Shown: one piece after another, positions 12,285-23,309 of the stretch
Position numbering within the stretch: position 1 is the stretch's first letter
How the letters are laid out: each line of letters starts with the position of its first letter
From: Blepharisma stoltei ATCC 30299
Lineage: Eukaryota > Protista > Ciliophora
DNA: 64,000 nt
Reading direction: 5' to 3'
Assembly (NCBI GenBank): GCA_965603825.1
Contig: CBFDEM010000027.1
Coordinates: forward strand, 1 to 64,000
The notes under the pieces: generated by a model
What the model was told of the DNA's origin: nothing
The model's input: the letters and a program-made list of their open reading frames with translations, nothing else
The model's database searches: none
Program-made: the position numbers and the translations under genes

Positions 12285-13337
12285 TTATTTAAAGTAATTC
12301 TGTTTTAAGCTCAAGAACAGCTGCAAGTCTTCAACTAAATTTTGTGTTGTTGGTATATCTTTGTTCATTTCTTCATAAAATGTTCCAATATCTATAATTC
12401 TATAATGCAAATGACTTAGGACATCAGGCATAAATTTATAAACAAACTCTCTGTCGATATGGCATAATATCCCGGACATGATGCAGTGTTTAGCTGGAGT
12501 TGAGCTCCTTACGAATTCGTTTATGAGGTTATTCACTTCGCTTAATGGCTTTATTTCTATTCCATCTCTTCTTTCAAAATTTCTCAAAAATCGATAAGAA
12601 AACATTTTTTCAGTGTCCTCCACCTGTGCGAAAACTTCAAAGCCAGGAATGATTTTTTTCACATCAAAATTTGTCATGCAGCAGCTCACCTTAACCAAGC
12701 ACTCATTTTTCTCGACTCTTATCCAAAATAGCGGATTTTCCTTATTACTCAAATAGTCAGTTTCTGGGATTCCCAAGCTAACTTCTTCTACTATCTGAAC
12801 TGGCAAATCTTCTGTAATCATTTTAGCTAAAACTTCGCCTATCGCAAACCTATGGATTCCACATCTCATTCGGGTCTCTTCTCTAATTTCTCTAATTGCA
12901 CTAAAAGCTTCATCTTGAGAAAGCCCACTAATTCTTAGCAGCGTATAAGTAAAAGCTCCTGTCCTGTGTATTCCTGCAGCACAGTGAATCAAAATTTTTT
13001 CTCCATTCATCAGATGGTTTCTTACTTCTAATAAGCCTTTTTTTATATCATTATGGATCGCTTTTTCGTGAAGCAATTTTCTGCTTACAGCTTTAATAGG
13101 AATTCAGGTCCATTTCAGCTTTTGGGCTTTGCATGCTCTTTTAATTTGGTTTGGGGTTTCTGAAGGAGATAGTAAAGTGACCACTGTGGTGCACAAGGAC
13201 AGTTTTCGGAATAATTGAATAGCTTTAAGAGTAGGGCGAGGTGAGCATGCAATAGAGCCATTAAGGACTCTGAAGAAATGCAAAGACTCACAGTATTTCA
13301 TTCCTTTGCTTTCTGTTTTGGCCTCTTCTATTTCCAT
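12285..13337 (-). CDS. Cys-based dual-specificity/PTP-like phosphatase fused to a degenerate oligoribonuclease (Orn/REXO2)-like domain (350 aa)
   Basis: CX5R motif IHCAAGIHRTG. The C-half HIDREFVYKFMPDVLSHLHYRIIDIGT matches the Orn motif HxDRxFLxxxMPxLxxxxHYRxxDVST. Two ORFs join via TGA (KWTWIPI). Confidence 0.8.
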
Positions 13338-13388
13338 TAATTGTGTATTTTTAGTTATAAAATTGCTATCTCTGCAATAATTAAAAAT
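13338..13388. promoter_or_regulatory. 51-bp bidirectional intergenic/promoter region
   Basis: Lies between divergent ATGs at 13337 (-) and 13389 (+). AT-rich. Confidence 0.55.
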
Positions 13389-14327
13389 ATGAATGGCCTA
13401 GCTGTCTGTGCAATCATCAGTTCTATCATATATGTTTTCCTCTACAACTGGACTTACCTTACTCTCTACCTTCTCTTTCTTTCAGCCTATTTTCTACTAT
13501 CCCACCTTCTCACTCCACCTTCAGCTTCCAAATGAAACTCAGCTCACTCAAAATACCTGATCTCTCGCTTTTCAGACCCAGACGGCCCAGAAATCATCGG
13601 CTCGTTCAAAGTCCGAGTTAACAAAGCCCTTGAATATATCAACAAAATTCGAGAAAAAACAGGCAAAAAAGTGACCATCACCCATCTTGTCTCAAAAGCA
13701 TCAGGCGCTATTATGCCTGATTTCCCAGACATGAACGGAAAATTAGCGTTTGGGCTTTACAAGCCTCACAAGACTTGTGATGTCAGTTGTCTCGTTGCAA
13801 TAGACGAAGGCAGAGACCTTGGGATGATCACTTATTCAGAATGCGACAAAAAAACATTGATGAATATCGTAGAAGAAGCTGAAACTAGGGTAAAATCATT
13901 AAAAACAGGGGATGAAAAAGAAAAACACAAGAAAGCCAGCGGGATTTATAAATTCGTCCCAAGCTGCCTTGGAGGAATTTTACTTGAAATAGTAGCCTTT
14001 GTAACAGTATTGCTGGGAATCTCAGTTCCAAGCCTGAACTTAAAAAAGCACCCAGCTGGAGGGATATTAATATCTAATGTAGGAGAAGTGGGAGTGGATT
14101 TAGGATATGCGCCTATGCCTACGTTTTTAAGATGCAACGTGCTTATTGCGCTGTCGAAAATAAAGGATGACATAGTGATAAACAATGGAAGAGTTGAGGT
14201 GGAAAAAACCATGAATTTTATGATCACTGCTGATCATAGGTTTGCGGATGGGACAAGAGGGGCGAAGCTGGAAAATAGAATGAAAGATATGATTGAGGAT
14301 CCAGAAAAATACATTCCTTTTGAATAA
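13389..14327 (+). CDS. 2-oxoacid dehydrogenase E2-like (CAT-fold) acyltransferase catalytic domain with N-terminal membrane anchor and no lipoyl domain (312 aa)
   Basis: Catalytic motif TADHRFADG, plus KVTITHLVSKA and ISNVG. Hydrophobic N-terminus. ORFs join via TGA at 13533. Confidence 0.8.
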
Positions 14328-14417
14328 TGACTAATAAACCCCTTTCAATATAAATTTAGATTTAGTTTCTGCAAATAGCGTTTTTAATTCTAAATTTTCT
14401 CTAAGATTCATTATTAA

Positions 14418-15791
14418 ATGAATGGTACACTAATTCCCACTAATCTCACTCCCCACAAAAAAATACTATCATTAGCCGATGTGTATGACTATAAAAAACT
14501 CGACAGTAATGATCGATCCTCTAATTATGTATATCAGCATTCCCGGACCTCATTGACTCCTCTCCCGACCACAGCAATCTCTTCTCCGAACACTTCAGTT
14601 AAAATATATGCAACTCCCAAAACCACGAAGCCTAACCGAATTAGGCACAGCCAGCCGCTTCCTCAATCTGTCAACGATTATCAAGCCACTCGAAACCTTG
14701 CAGCACGCTACGAGCTCCTCTTAAAAAATGACCATCACATAATGAAAACTATGTTTAAAGAAAAGAGAGCTGATTTCGAAAAAACCTCGCCGCCTGTGAT
14801 ATGAGACGTTATTATGCCTCGAGTCATCAATAAATTTAAAGAACTGAGTTCCCGCCGCACCAGAACCCCTTTAAAAGTTAAAGAAGTCAACCCATTCATG
14901 ATAAAAAGGACATTTAATAAAATTTTCAAAAGCAAAGAAGCTTACCAGAAAGCAAATCAAATTGTAAAGCTTAAAAAAATCGAAAGTATAGGGGATTTTC
15001 GAGTGAAAAATGCAGTAAAGGCATTGTGTGAGTTTTCTGAAAGAAGCCAAGGAATCTCTGTTTGGAAATTAGGGGAATTGCTGGTTTCGTTAGGCTTGAG
15101 TGAGAAACCGAAAAGTCTGCTGGAAATTTTGAGTTTATGCTTCAACACGAGTGACCCAATGAATTGTCTGACAAATGAAAATGAAATTATTGCGCTCTGT
15201 AGCTCGTCCGATGTGTTTTTGAACAAGCTGAACTGTTTGGCGTTTGACGAAACAGTTAAAAGTGAGCAAAAAGTGATTTTTCAAACAGGAATCTCTATTT
15301 TTGACACAAATGAGGACAAAAGAGCTATTAAAAAGCAAGATATTTCGCTGATGAGAAAACAGACAAATCTAGAGCAGTCAAGAAGCTTTGATGAGCAGCT
15401 GGAGATTATAAACCACTTGTGAAATAAGTCTGATAAAGCTCAAGGGTTTTTAGATAAAAAGAGAGTGCTAGGTATTGTTATCGAAATTGGGATTGTATCC
15501 AATATGAGCGATGCTAAAAGGTTTGTAGAGGGCATTGAAAATGTGGAGAAATACAACCACTCTTCATTCCTTAAAATCTTTGTTAAGACACTTTTGAAAG
15601 GACTGATCTTAAAAGTGTCAGAAATTTTAGAAAAAAAGGAAAGGGCAGGATCGCAGTCACCAACTTTGAAACTAAGCCGATGAAAGCGTAAACTTCTACT
15701 AAAAGGTATAGAGGAAGGCGATAACACAACGCATGATGCCATTAAACTGTTCCATAAAGTCAATAATCCAGCTGGATCTGATCCTATTTAA
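14418..15791 (+). CDS. Hypothetical protein, possibly with degenerate EF-hand-like helices (457 aa, 3 UGA-Trp)
   Basis: ORFs 14418..14804, 14814..15422 and 15465..15683 share one frame, are separated only by TGA, and end at TAA 15789-15791. Confidence 0.75.
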
Positions 15792-15847
15792 TTAAAGACA
15801 CAGAGAAGTAAAAGTATCCATGCAAATTTAAATGTTAAATTCTTTAT

Positions 15848-16636
15848 TTAAACTTTTTGGGTTGCAATTTTTGAGTAAGGCACCTGGGATTCCCCTTCTT
15901 CGAACGAATAGGTAACTTTCTTGGTTTGTCTCCTATAGCTGTAGTATAGTTTTCCAATGATAAGGAGTACTGCAGCAATTAGAGAGTACTGTATAATGGC
16001 TAAGCCCCAGCCAGATTGGGTCTTTTTGACTTGGGTGTTAGGCTTAGGAGTGTCTTTGTTGCTTTTGCAAAACTCGTGATAAGGATGGCTTGGGTGCTCA
16101 GTCGCATACTTACCGTAGTCTTCTTTAGACTCTGATTCTTCTGAAGCTTCTTCAGGGACTTCTTCTTCAATCACTATAGGGTCGACTGCAGGTAAAGGCT
16201 CTTCATCATGAGTGCTTTCTTCTTCAGTTGTAGTGCTTTCTTCCTCTGTTGTAGCACTTTCTTCCTCTGTTGCAGCACTCTCTTCTTCAGTAGCTTCTTC
16301 AATGCTTTGGGTTTCTTCTTCACTTTGAGTTTCCTCTTGGGCAGGCAAAGTTGTAGGGACTCCTTCTTCTAAGGCTTCACCTTGTTCTTCAGGCTGAGAC
16401 TCTATGATGCCTTCTTGCTGTAAGAAAATTTGCAGCTTGGATATTGTTTCTTGAGGGTCTCCATAGCAGAATTTGACAGAGCATTGGTCGTCACATACAG
16501 TTCCAGGATTGTCCGAATTCCAGCAGAGCTCTTTGCATTTTTGGATGCATTTGTAGAACTCGTTGCCTGTAGTTGTTTTAGTATATTGAGCACTTGCGAT
16601 GGCCAGCACAGCTAAAATAGTTGGAATGAATGCCAT
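15848..16636 (-). CDS. Type I membrane protein: signal peptide, 6-Cys domain, acidic stalk, TM helix, YxxPhi tail (262 aa)
   Basis: Signal MAFIPTILAVLAIASA; CxxxCxxxC...CxxxCxxxxC; TEEES repeats; TM GWGLAIIQYSLIAAVLLIIG; tail motifs YSFE and YSKI. Confidence 0.8.
   Translation of the reverse strand: MAFIPTILAVLAIASAQYTKTTTGNEFYKCIQKCKELCWNSDNPGTVCDDQCSVKFCYGDPQETISKLQIFLQQEGIIESQPEEQGEALEEGVPTTLPAQEETQSEEETQSIEEATEEESAATEEESATTEEESTTTEEESTHDEEPLPAVDPIVIEEEVPEEASEESESKEDYGKYATEHPSHPYHEFCKSNKDTPKPNTQVKKTQSGWGLAIIQYSLIAAVLLIIGKLYYSYRRQTKKVTYSFEEGESQVPYSKIATQKV
16212..16295 (-). repeat. Coding 21-nt tandem repeat, 4 copies (xTEEESx)
   Basis: gtgctttcttcttcagttgta and variants in direct tandem. 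Confidence 0.85.
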
Positions 16637-16894
16637 TAATTATTAACAGATTGATATCAATCCCTATTAATTACTAATCTAAATGGTTCTGAAATGAATT
16701 AATAGGATTCTATAGGATAGCTGATTTATAAAATTAATTTTAAATTAAAATATAGAAATCTAAATGCTTTGATTCGACCTAAATTTAGCTATTTTATAAT
16801 TTCAATTGCAAAAAATCGAATATTTAAAACTAGTCACGCTTTGCTTAAGATAAGCTATTATGGTAAGGATTTAATCTCTGAAAAAATATATTTT

Positions 16895-18391
16895 TTATAA
16901 AGATATATTAGTAGAAACTCTTTCAAGTTGATCGGTATTGCAATCAAGCTTCCACAGCTCCCTGTCTTCATCATTAATAAAATATATCTCATTTTCTATG
17001 CAAACCCCTTGGCTGTATGAAAATCATTTCTTTGATTGGATTTCACCTATTTTTTCCCAAGTCGCCAAGCTTGAAAGATTGTTTTTAAATAAATAATTAT
17101 TGCAAAGGCAGTAAACGTATCTTTCTCCTTTAAGTAGCAGCTTGCAATGCACACTGCTAAATTCAGAGCTAAGTTTCTCTAATTTGTTTTCTCCAACGTT
17201 ATAAAGCAAAATGTTTTTTGACAACTGCCCTCCAATTAAAATTCCTTGATTAATAGTGCACGTAGTTGTCAGCCCAAGCTCCCCAATGCGGATACTAATA
17301 TTCTCCCATTGATTGGTAGTCAAATTAAGCCTTTGTGCATAAGGATAGCTCCCTCCAAGAGAATAGACGTAGCCTTTATAGTAAATATTTGAATGATGTG
17401 AAACTGCAACACATGAGGTCAATTGCTGAGGATTTTCAAGGTTATTATAAGAAATTTTAAAGGTTTTTCCACTACAGCCATAGTCTTCTCCACCTGAATA
17501 AATAATTTCGTTGTTATTTAGGACACATCAGTTAGCATACAATTTTCAATTAACTGAAGCGCTCTTAGATTCACAAGTCCTATTTGGAAGAGTTATCTTG
17601 AATACTCTATTGGAAGCGCCGAGAAAATAATAAAGAACTTTAGGTATTACAAATTCCTTTGCAGGAATATATTTAAAGACAGGAAAAGCTCTTAAGTTCT
17701 GTAAAAACTGCTCTTTGTTTTCATTGAGAGTTGATATCATATTAATATCATTCAGCTCTTTTATTTCCTTATTTTCTGCACAAATTTTGAGCAGCCTTCC
17801 TCCAATCGTATGCTCGCTAATTTCTGCATTCCCCAGCTGTTCTTTTGCATCTAGCAGTATTCTTTTGAAAAATTCGCGGGTCTCTTCTTTTTTCTGCATA
17901 ATTAGATTTTTTTGTTTTTCATACAGTTTTTTATTGTTTTCGAGTAGCCCATTATTTACGAATCTTTCCAAAACTTCTCCTTCATCATTGAAATTTCTTT
18001 CTTTCGCTTTAAAAGCTTCAGTTAGCTCTCTAAGCCTTTGAGACCTTTCTGTTGACCTTGTCGGACTTTTATCTTTTATCAATAGTGATTCTCATTCAGG
18101 ATCAAAAACTTGTTCGCCTTGGGAGACTAAGACTTCTTTGCAGGCTCTGCATATTTTATGGATTGTTTTTTTCCTGAAGAGAATAAAAGTCCCATCGCCA
18201 TTATAGCATAAAGTGCAAACCAAGTTCAATCTAAGAATACTCCAGTTTTGGGAAACTTTTGGAGCAACATTATAGAGTTTTGAATGAGTTCAATCATGCC
18301 CAGAAACACATGATTTGCACACACCTTGATTGCACTCCCTGCAGACGTAGTAGGCTTCGCTTCTACAATTCACACATTGACACTTCTGCAT
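16895..18391 (-). CDS. B-box-type zinc finger + coiled coil + kelch beta-propeller protein (498 aa, 5 UGA-Trp)
   Basis: N-terminus CxCxxC..CRECNQGVCKSC..GH...H and a second CxxC...CxxC; coiled coil; kelch blades (IYSGGE, YVYSLGG, ILIGG). The frame is open from ATG 18391 to TAA 16895. Confidence 0.85.
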
Positions 18392-18427
18392 TATTTATTA
18401 GATTTAATATCAAAAATCTAAGTATAA
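18392..18427. promoter_or_regulatory. 36-bp bidirectional intergenic/promoter region
   Basis: Lies between divergent ATGs at 18391 (-) and 18428 (+). Confidence 0.5.
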
Positions 18428-19501
18428 ATGGCAGCAGTTCTGAGGCACAGAGGTGAAGCCATGCCAGTTCAAATAAAAAAGTTAGAAGAAAATGATATTT
18501 CCGTAACTAAAAAACCATCTCCATTAAGCTGAGTAAGTTATCTTGTAATTGCTTCCATGGCTATTGGAATCAAGAGCTGGCAGCCTCTAGCCATAGCTTC
18601 CGCCAAACAAGAGGATGGGTCCTACAACTTCAGCAAAGGCACGATGGTTCTGATGTGTGAAATCACAAAGCTTCTTATATGTATCCCTATATTTCTCTAT
18701 TCTTATTACACTACTACGGACCCTTCCAAAAGATTTGCGATGATGAATTTATCATTTCAAGATTCACTGAGGTATATGATCCCTGCAATTCTCTATGGAG
18801 CTTCAAACACACTTGTATATTTTGGGCTGAGCTATATAAACCCAGCGCTATTCCATGTGCTCGGAAATATTAGGATCATAACTGCAGGGATCTTGTATAG
18901 GATTATTATGAAGCAAAAACAGACTGATTTGCAGTGGCTAGCTTTAATGTTTTTGACAATAGGAGCAATTTTAGCGTCCCCTGATGCGTCGAAGTCTGAT
19001 CTGCTAGGGGAATCTTCCAAAGCTTTACTTGGTCTCTTTTTTATCACAACAATGTGCTTGATCAGCACATCTTCAAGTATTTACACAGAATTATTTTTCA
19101 AAAAAGGCCAAGATATCAGCATTTGGTACCAAAACTTAGTTTTATATATGTATGGGATTTTTGTGAACGGATTTTATTTATTATTTACAGAGCATGAGTC
19201 ACTTAACGCCAATGGCTTCTTTTATGGGTGGGACTGGTCTGCCATACACGTGCTAGTAGCCCAATCCTTGATGGGGGTGATTTTATCTTTTGTGTTTAAA
19301 TATTTAGGGAACATTGTTTATGTGATTTCACTCACAGTTTCTATGGTAATAACTGCAGTTTTTAGTATCATATTTTTCGAATTTCAGTGCACCTTGACCT
19401 TTATCTGTGCAGTTATGGTGGTCACTGGGGCAATCTACCTATACTATAGGATGAAAATCCTTGATCACTACAAAATAGACGAGAGAAACTTCAGCTTTTA
19501 A
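18428..19501 (+). CDS. SLC35A-family nucleotide-sugar transporter (UDP-Gal/CMP-Sia type; 357 aa)
   Basis: Motifs CEITKL, IPAILYGASN, QWLAL, IYTELFFK and YQNLVLYMYG. Extends 5' of the ORF track via one TGA to the ATG at 18428. Confidence 0.88.
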
Positions 19502-19534
19502 GTAATAGAATTATTAAATGCAGGACCTAATTTA

Positions 19535-20023
19535 TTAACATTCTGTATCATGCACAGACAAAGTGCCATTTTTCCAGGCTTCCACGCTTTCCTTTGTGGA
19601 GAGCGCAGATCACTCGTCCTCAAAGCTGTCACTTTCCTCTGTGAAATTTGACTCATAATACCCTTTTGATACCCTGTTTTCAAGATCGTTTAAAGCTTGG
19701 TCTTCTTCAGTCGTTAGCGTGATTTTGGACTCGAGGAACGCGGACTCTATTTCTGTAGGAAAAGACTCAACTGTTTCGCTGTACTCTAAAGTATCGTTGA
19801 AAGTGTAGCAATACCCGTCTTTCTGTTCGAGCTCTTCTTTAATGTAATTAATGGACCCAGCTGAGAAAACGAGTTTTCAGACTGTTTCGCCTTCAAAGGT
19901 GTAGTTTATGCAGAGAGGAAGAGCGTCTTCAGTTGAAATTTTGTTGTTTTTTGACTCTTGGCTGAGTCTAAGGAGAAGAGATCCTACTCGATTAAAAAGA
20001 TTTGCTAGTGTGGTATCTTGCAT
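19535..20023 (-). CDS. Hypothetical acidic protein (162 aa, 2 UGA-Trp), absent from the ORF track
   Basis: MQDTTLANLFNRVG...SVHDTEC*. The frame is open from ATG 20023 to TAA 19535, with coding-like composition between AT-rich flanks. Confidence 0.7.
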
Positions 20024-20285
20024 TTTGTAAATATGGGAGTAAGCAAGACTAAAACTTATAAAAACTTAGGAAATAACTTTTAATAATAATTCTATATTTC
20101 TATAACTTCAGGGATGCTACTTTCGTATCCTTATTACGAATATCTTAAATCAAAAATTGTTAATGTTAACATAACACTCAAAATATTTATAGTTAAATTT
20201 TAATCCATAAAAGCCTAATAATAATTAAACTTCTAGATTCTCATAAAAAATCTATAATATTCATATTCCACTAATTTTGATTATA

Positions 20286-21617
20286 ATGAATATCGATATC
20301 TCAACAGGTCCTATAAATACTCCAAAAGATCCACAAAACTCGAGTAACCTAGAAATCCCCATATCAAATCCAGACACAACTTCTTTTATCAAAGAAGAAA
20401 CCTTTCCTAATAAGTTTCCATTTCCATTAGAAGATTTACCAGAGGACACCCACATCAGTTACTTCAACCAAAGAGTTTCTTCATTACTATCTCCAAGAGA
20501 CAAAAACATAGTAATTGCTCCTTCATTTAATTTCAGCGCTGAACAAGAAAATATATGGGAAAATGAAATTGAAAACTTGAACGACAAATTAAATGAAAGT
20601 GCTCAAACAATTTTATCCTTAAGGTCAGAATATTCCAAGTTGCAATCACTTTATGAAGAAAGTAAGAGTGAATATGAAAATGATGCAAAATCTAATAAAA
20701 TTATGATAGAAAATTTATGTAAAGAGTGCCAAGAACAAAAAAATAAAATTCAAGATTTAAGAATGAAAATTCAAAAACTGACAGCTGAGAATGAAAAATT
20801 GCAGTTTGAGAACACTGAAAATGGCATCACACTATCAGAAAAAGAGCAAATTATTCAAGATTTTGAAAATGAAATATCAAAGTTATCTTACACACATAGA
20901 AGCGAAATAGATTCATTAAACAGCAAAATACCACTTTTGGATGATGAATATAAAATTAAGCTGAAAGCATGTGAAGAAGAGAATCAAGCAAAGCTGAAAG
21001 AATATGAAGCAAAAATAAAAGAACTGACCTCAGATTTTTCGAAATTATCAGAAACCCACAGAACTGAAATCGATTCTCTAAATCGCAATATGTTATTAAT
21101 AGAAGAAGAGCATAAAGAAAAGCTAAAAACAGTTGAAGAAGGTGCCAAAATAAAGATAAAAGAGCTTGAAGAGACAATAAAAGTGCTGAAAATTGAAAAT
21201 GAAGAATTAAAGAAACAGCAACTAACCAGCCAAAATTTAAATTCATCTTTTTCCTCATCCAAAGATAATTTCACTTTTTCATTCCACTCAAATTATACTG
21301 ACCTAAGTGAAGCCACAAGAGAGTCAAAAGGATATAGTGCTCTATCAGAAAGGGAATATGAATTTACACCTATCAGACTCGAAAAAGATGCCCTTGAAGA
21401 AAGAGTCAGGTCGCTTGAAATCCAGCTAAATTGATATAGAGCAAAATTCGGGTACAAATCAAAAGAAGCGATCATCCAAAAGCCTGAGCATCTGATACTA
21501 GACGAATACAAGCCGAAGCGAAAACAGTTAGAAACAGTAAAAGAAGAGCTAAAAACTAATCCAAAAAACAAAAAAATTGACGAAATTGTAAGCATGTTCA
21601 GAAAAAATCCAAAATAA
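20286..21617 (+). CDS. Coiled-coil protein with an internal 54-aa duplication (443 aa)
   Basis: Reads through TGA 21432 to TAA 21615-21617. SKLSxTHRxEIDSLN occurs twice, 162 nt apart. Confidence 0.8.
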
Positions 21618-21650
21618 TTGGTATACTAATTATATTTATAAATTCATACT

Positions 21651-23309
21651 TTAAGAGCTAATATGCTCGTCGATAATTTCATCAATAAGTTTACTCAAGT
21701 TGTCTTTAGGAGCAGTTTGGTTTTTTTGATAAATTTTTAAAGCCATTATGTGCCTTTTTCTTTCAGAGTCTAGAAGATCGTATTTTAATTTAGAATTTTG
21801 TGGTTGGTCAACCGCTTTTGGGGTGAAAAATTTAAAATCAAAGCGCTTTTTGCTTGAATAAGAAATGTTGCTTGGGCTTGCTTTGCCACTAAACACAAAG
21901 TGATGGCCATTCGACTTCGAAGTTTTTATTAAAGTTCCATCTGAGCTTCCAACAGGGGTCTGTATAGAAGAATTAATTCTGCTTCTTGAAGTCGGTTGTG
22001 GGGTCAATATATGGAGATCTCTTTTATATTTGGGGTTATTATTGATAAATTCATCATAGAAATCAGTGCTTTTAAAATCGTCTGCTGTAAAAGCATCACT
22101 TATTGAATGTCTTTTGCTGTGAGATAGCTTTGAAGGAGTTTCGAATGCTGATTCTGGGCTTAATAAGTCTTTATTATTAGCATCAATAAGGCTATCAAAG
22201 TCTAAATTCCGATTGAACTCAAAGTCTGGCTTTATTTCTATTATAGAATTGTCATTAGATACAAGGATTTCTGGATATTTAAAGTTGGGTGTTTCTTTTT
22301 TAGCTCTATTCATTATGAGAGTTCCGATATCACTTTTTGTATGTCTGTGAGCTTTTTTAAGGGTCTTCACGAATTTACTGGTCTCAGTCTTTTTTGGCCG
22401 TGCTTGAATTATAGGGACTGTTTCTTCCTGGCTGTTATGGATTTCAAGATCCTTATTTTTTTGCTCTAGCTCTCTTATTTTTGCTTCAAGTTCACTGATC
22501 TTTTTTTGCATTTCAATTTTTTCCTCTTGGCACGTCGGCTCATTTTTTGACTGAAAACTATCTAATTCTTTATAACTTTCCAGTCCATATTTATTTGAAT
22601 TCTGAATCCCTTGTTTAAATAGGTGGTCTTCGCTTTCAGAAGCCTCTTGCAAATTTATATCGATTTCTCCATTAATTTCCTCGTCTTCTGATTTATCTCT
22701 CATCTCCTGCAAATCTTTTCTTTTTTTCCCCAAAGTTTCTATTGTTTGTTCTTCATATATTTCCTCAATTTTTCTGTTTTTTTTCTTGCTTTTTGATCTT
22801 TTGTTTTTAAAAGTATCTCCATTTATAGTGAAACTTCCGCTTGTTTGTATTATTAAGCAACAGTCTTTACAGTCCATTGTTTGCATCTCAGCATCTTGTG
22901 TTCCAGCAGTAAGGAAAGTTTGAGTTTCCTCATTTGCTAATGTAGCTTGTCTTTTTGTAGGCTGGATATTAAAATTATGATATAAATTAATTGCAATATT
23001 TCTTGGGTAGTGCGCTGTCTGCGTGTCTATTGTGATTAAATTAAGTATTTTTCTAATTGGAGCTATGCCAATAATGCTTGATTTTTCAGATACAATTGCA
23101 AAATTGATATTTTTGTTGTTTAAATTAAATCTTGATTCATCAACAGACTGTATCGTTGATAAACTATTGTTAATTAATAGTTCTGCAAGCGATGGATTTT
23201 GCAGGGGATTATCATATGTGGCTAAAGGGCGAGGGATTGTGAATATTGTTGTATCTCCTGGCTGAGTTTTTGGCACAACTTTGTCAGCCTGACTTGCATT
23301 GCAGCCCAT
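21651..23309 (-). CDS. N-acylated (MGC) disordered/coiled-coil protein with clustered TQT-type motifs (552 aa)
   Basis: MGCNAS myristoylation/palmitoylation-type start, with motifs IDTQT, EETQT and AEMQT. Confidence 0.78.
   Translation of the reverse strand: MGCNASQADKVVPKTQPGDTTIFTIPRPLATYDNPLQNPSLAELLINNSLSTIQSVDESRFNLNNKNINFAIVSEKSSIIGIAPIRKILNLITIDTQTAHYPRNIAINLYHNFNIQPTKRQATLANEETQTFLTAGTQDAEMQTMDCKDCCLIIQTSGSFTINGDTFKNKRSKSKKKNRKIEEIYEEQTIETLGKKRKDLQEMRDKSEDEEINGEIDINLQEASESEDHLFKQGIQNSNKYGLESYKELDSFQSKNEPTCQEEKIEMQKKISELEAKIRELEQKNKDLEIHNSQEETVPIIQARPKKTETSKFVKTLKKAHRHTKSDIGTLIMNRAKKETPNFKYPEILVSNDNSIIEIKPDFEFNRNLDFDSLIDANNKDLLSPESAFETPSKLSHSKRHSISDAFTADDFKSTDFYDEFINNNPKYKRDLHILTPQPTSRSRINSSIQTPVGSSDGTLIKTSKSNGHHFVFSGKASPSNISYSSKKRFDFKFFTPKAVDQPQNSKLKYDLLDSERKRHIMALKIYQKNQTAPKDNLSKLIDEIIDEHISS

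Noticed and set aside
19498-19683. Minus-strand ORF whose stop overlaps the SLC35A stop (shared TTAA)
   Set aside because: It starts at TTG and is out of frame with the longer ATG-initiated 19535..20023 gene.
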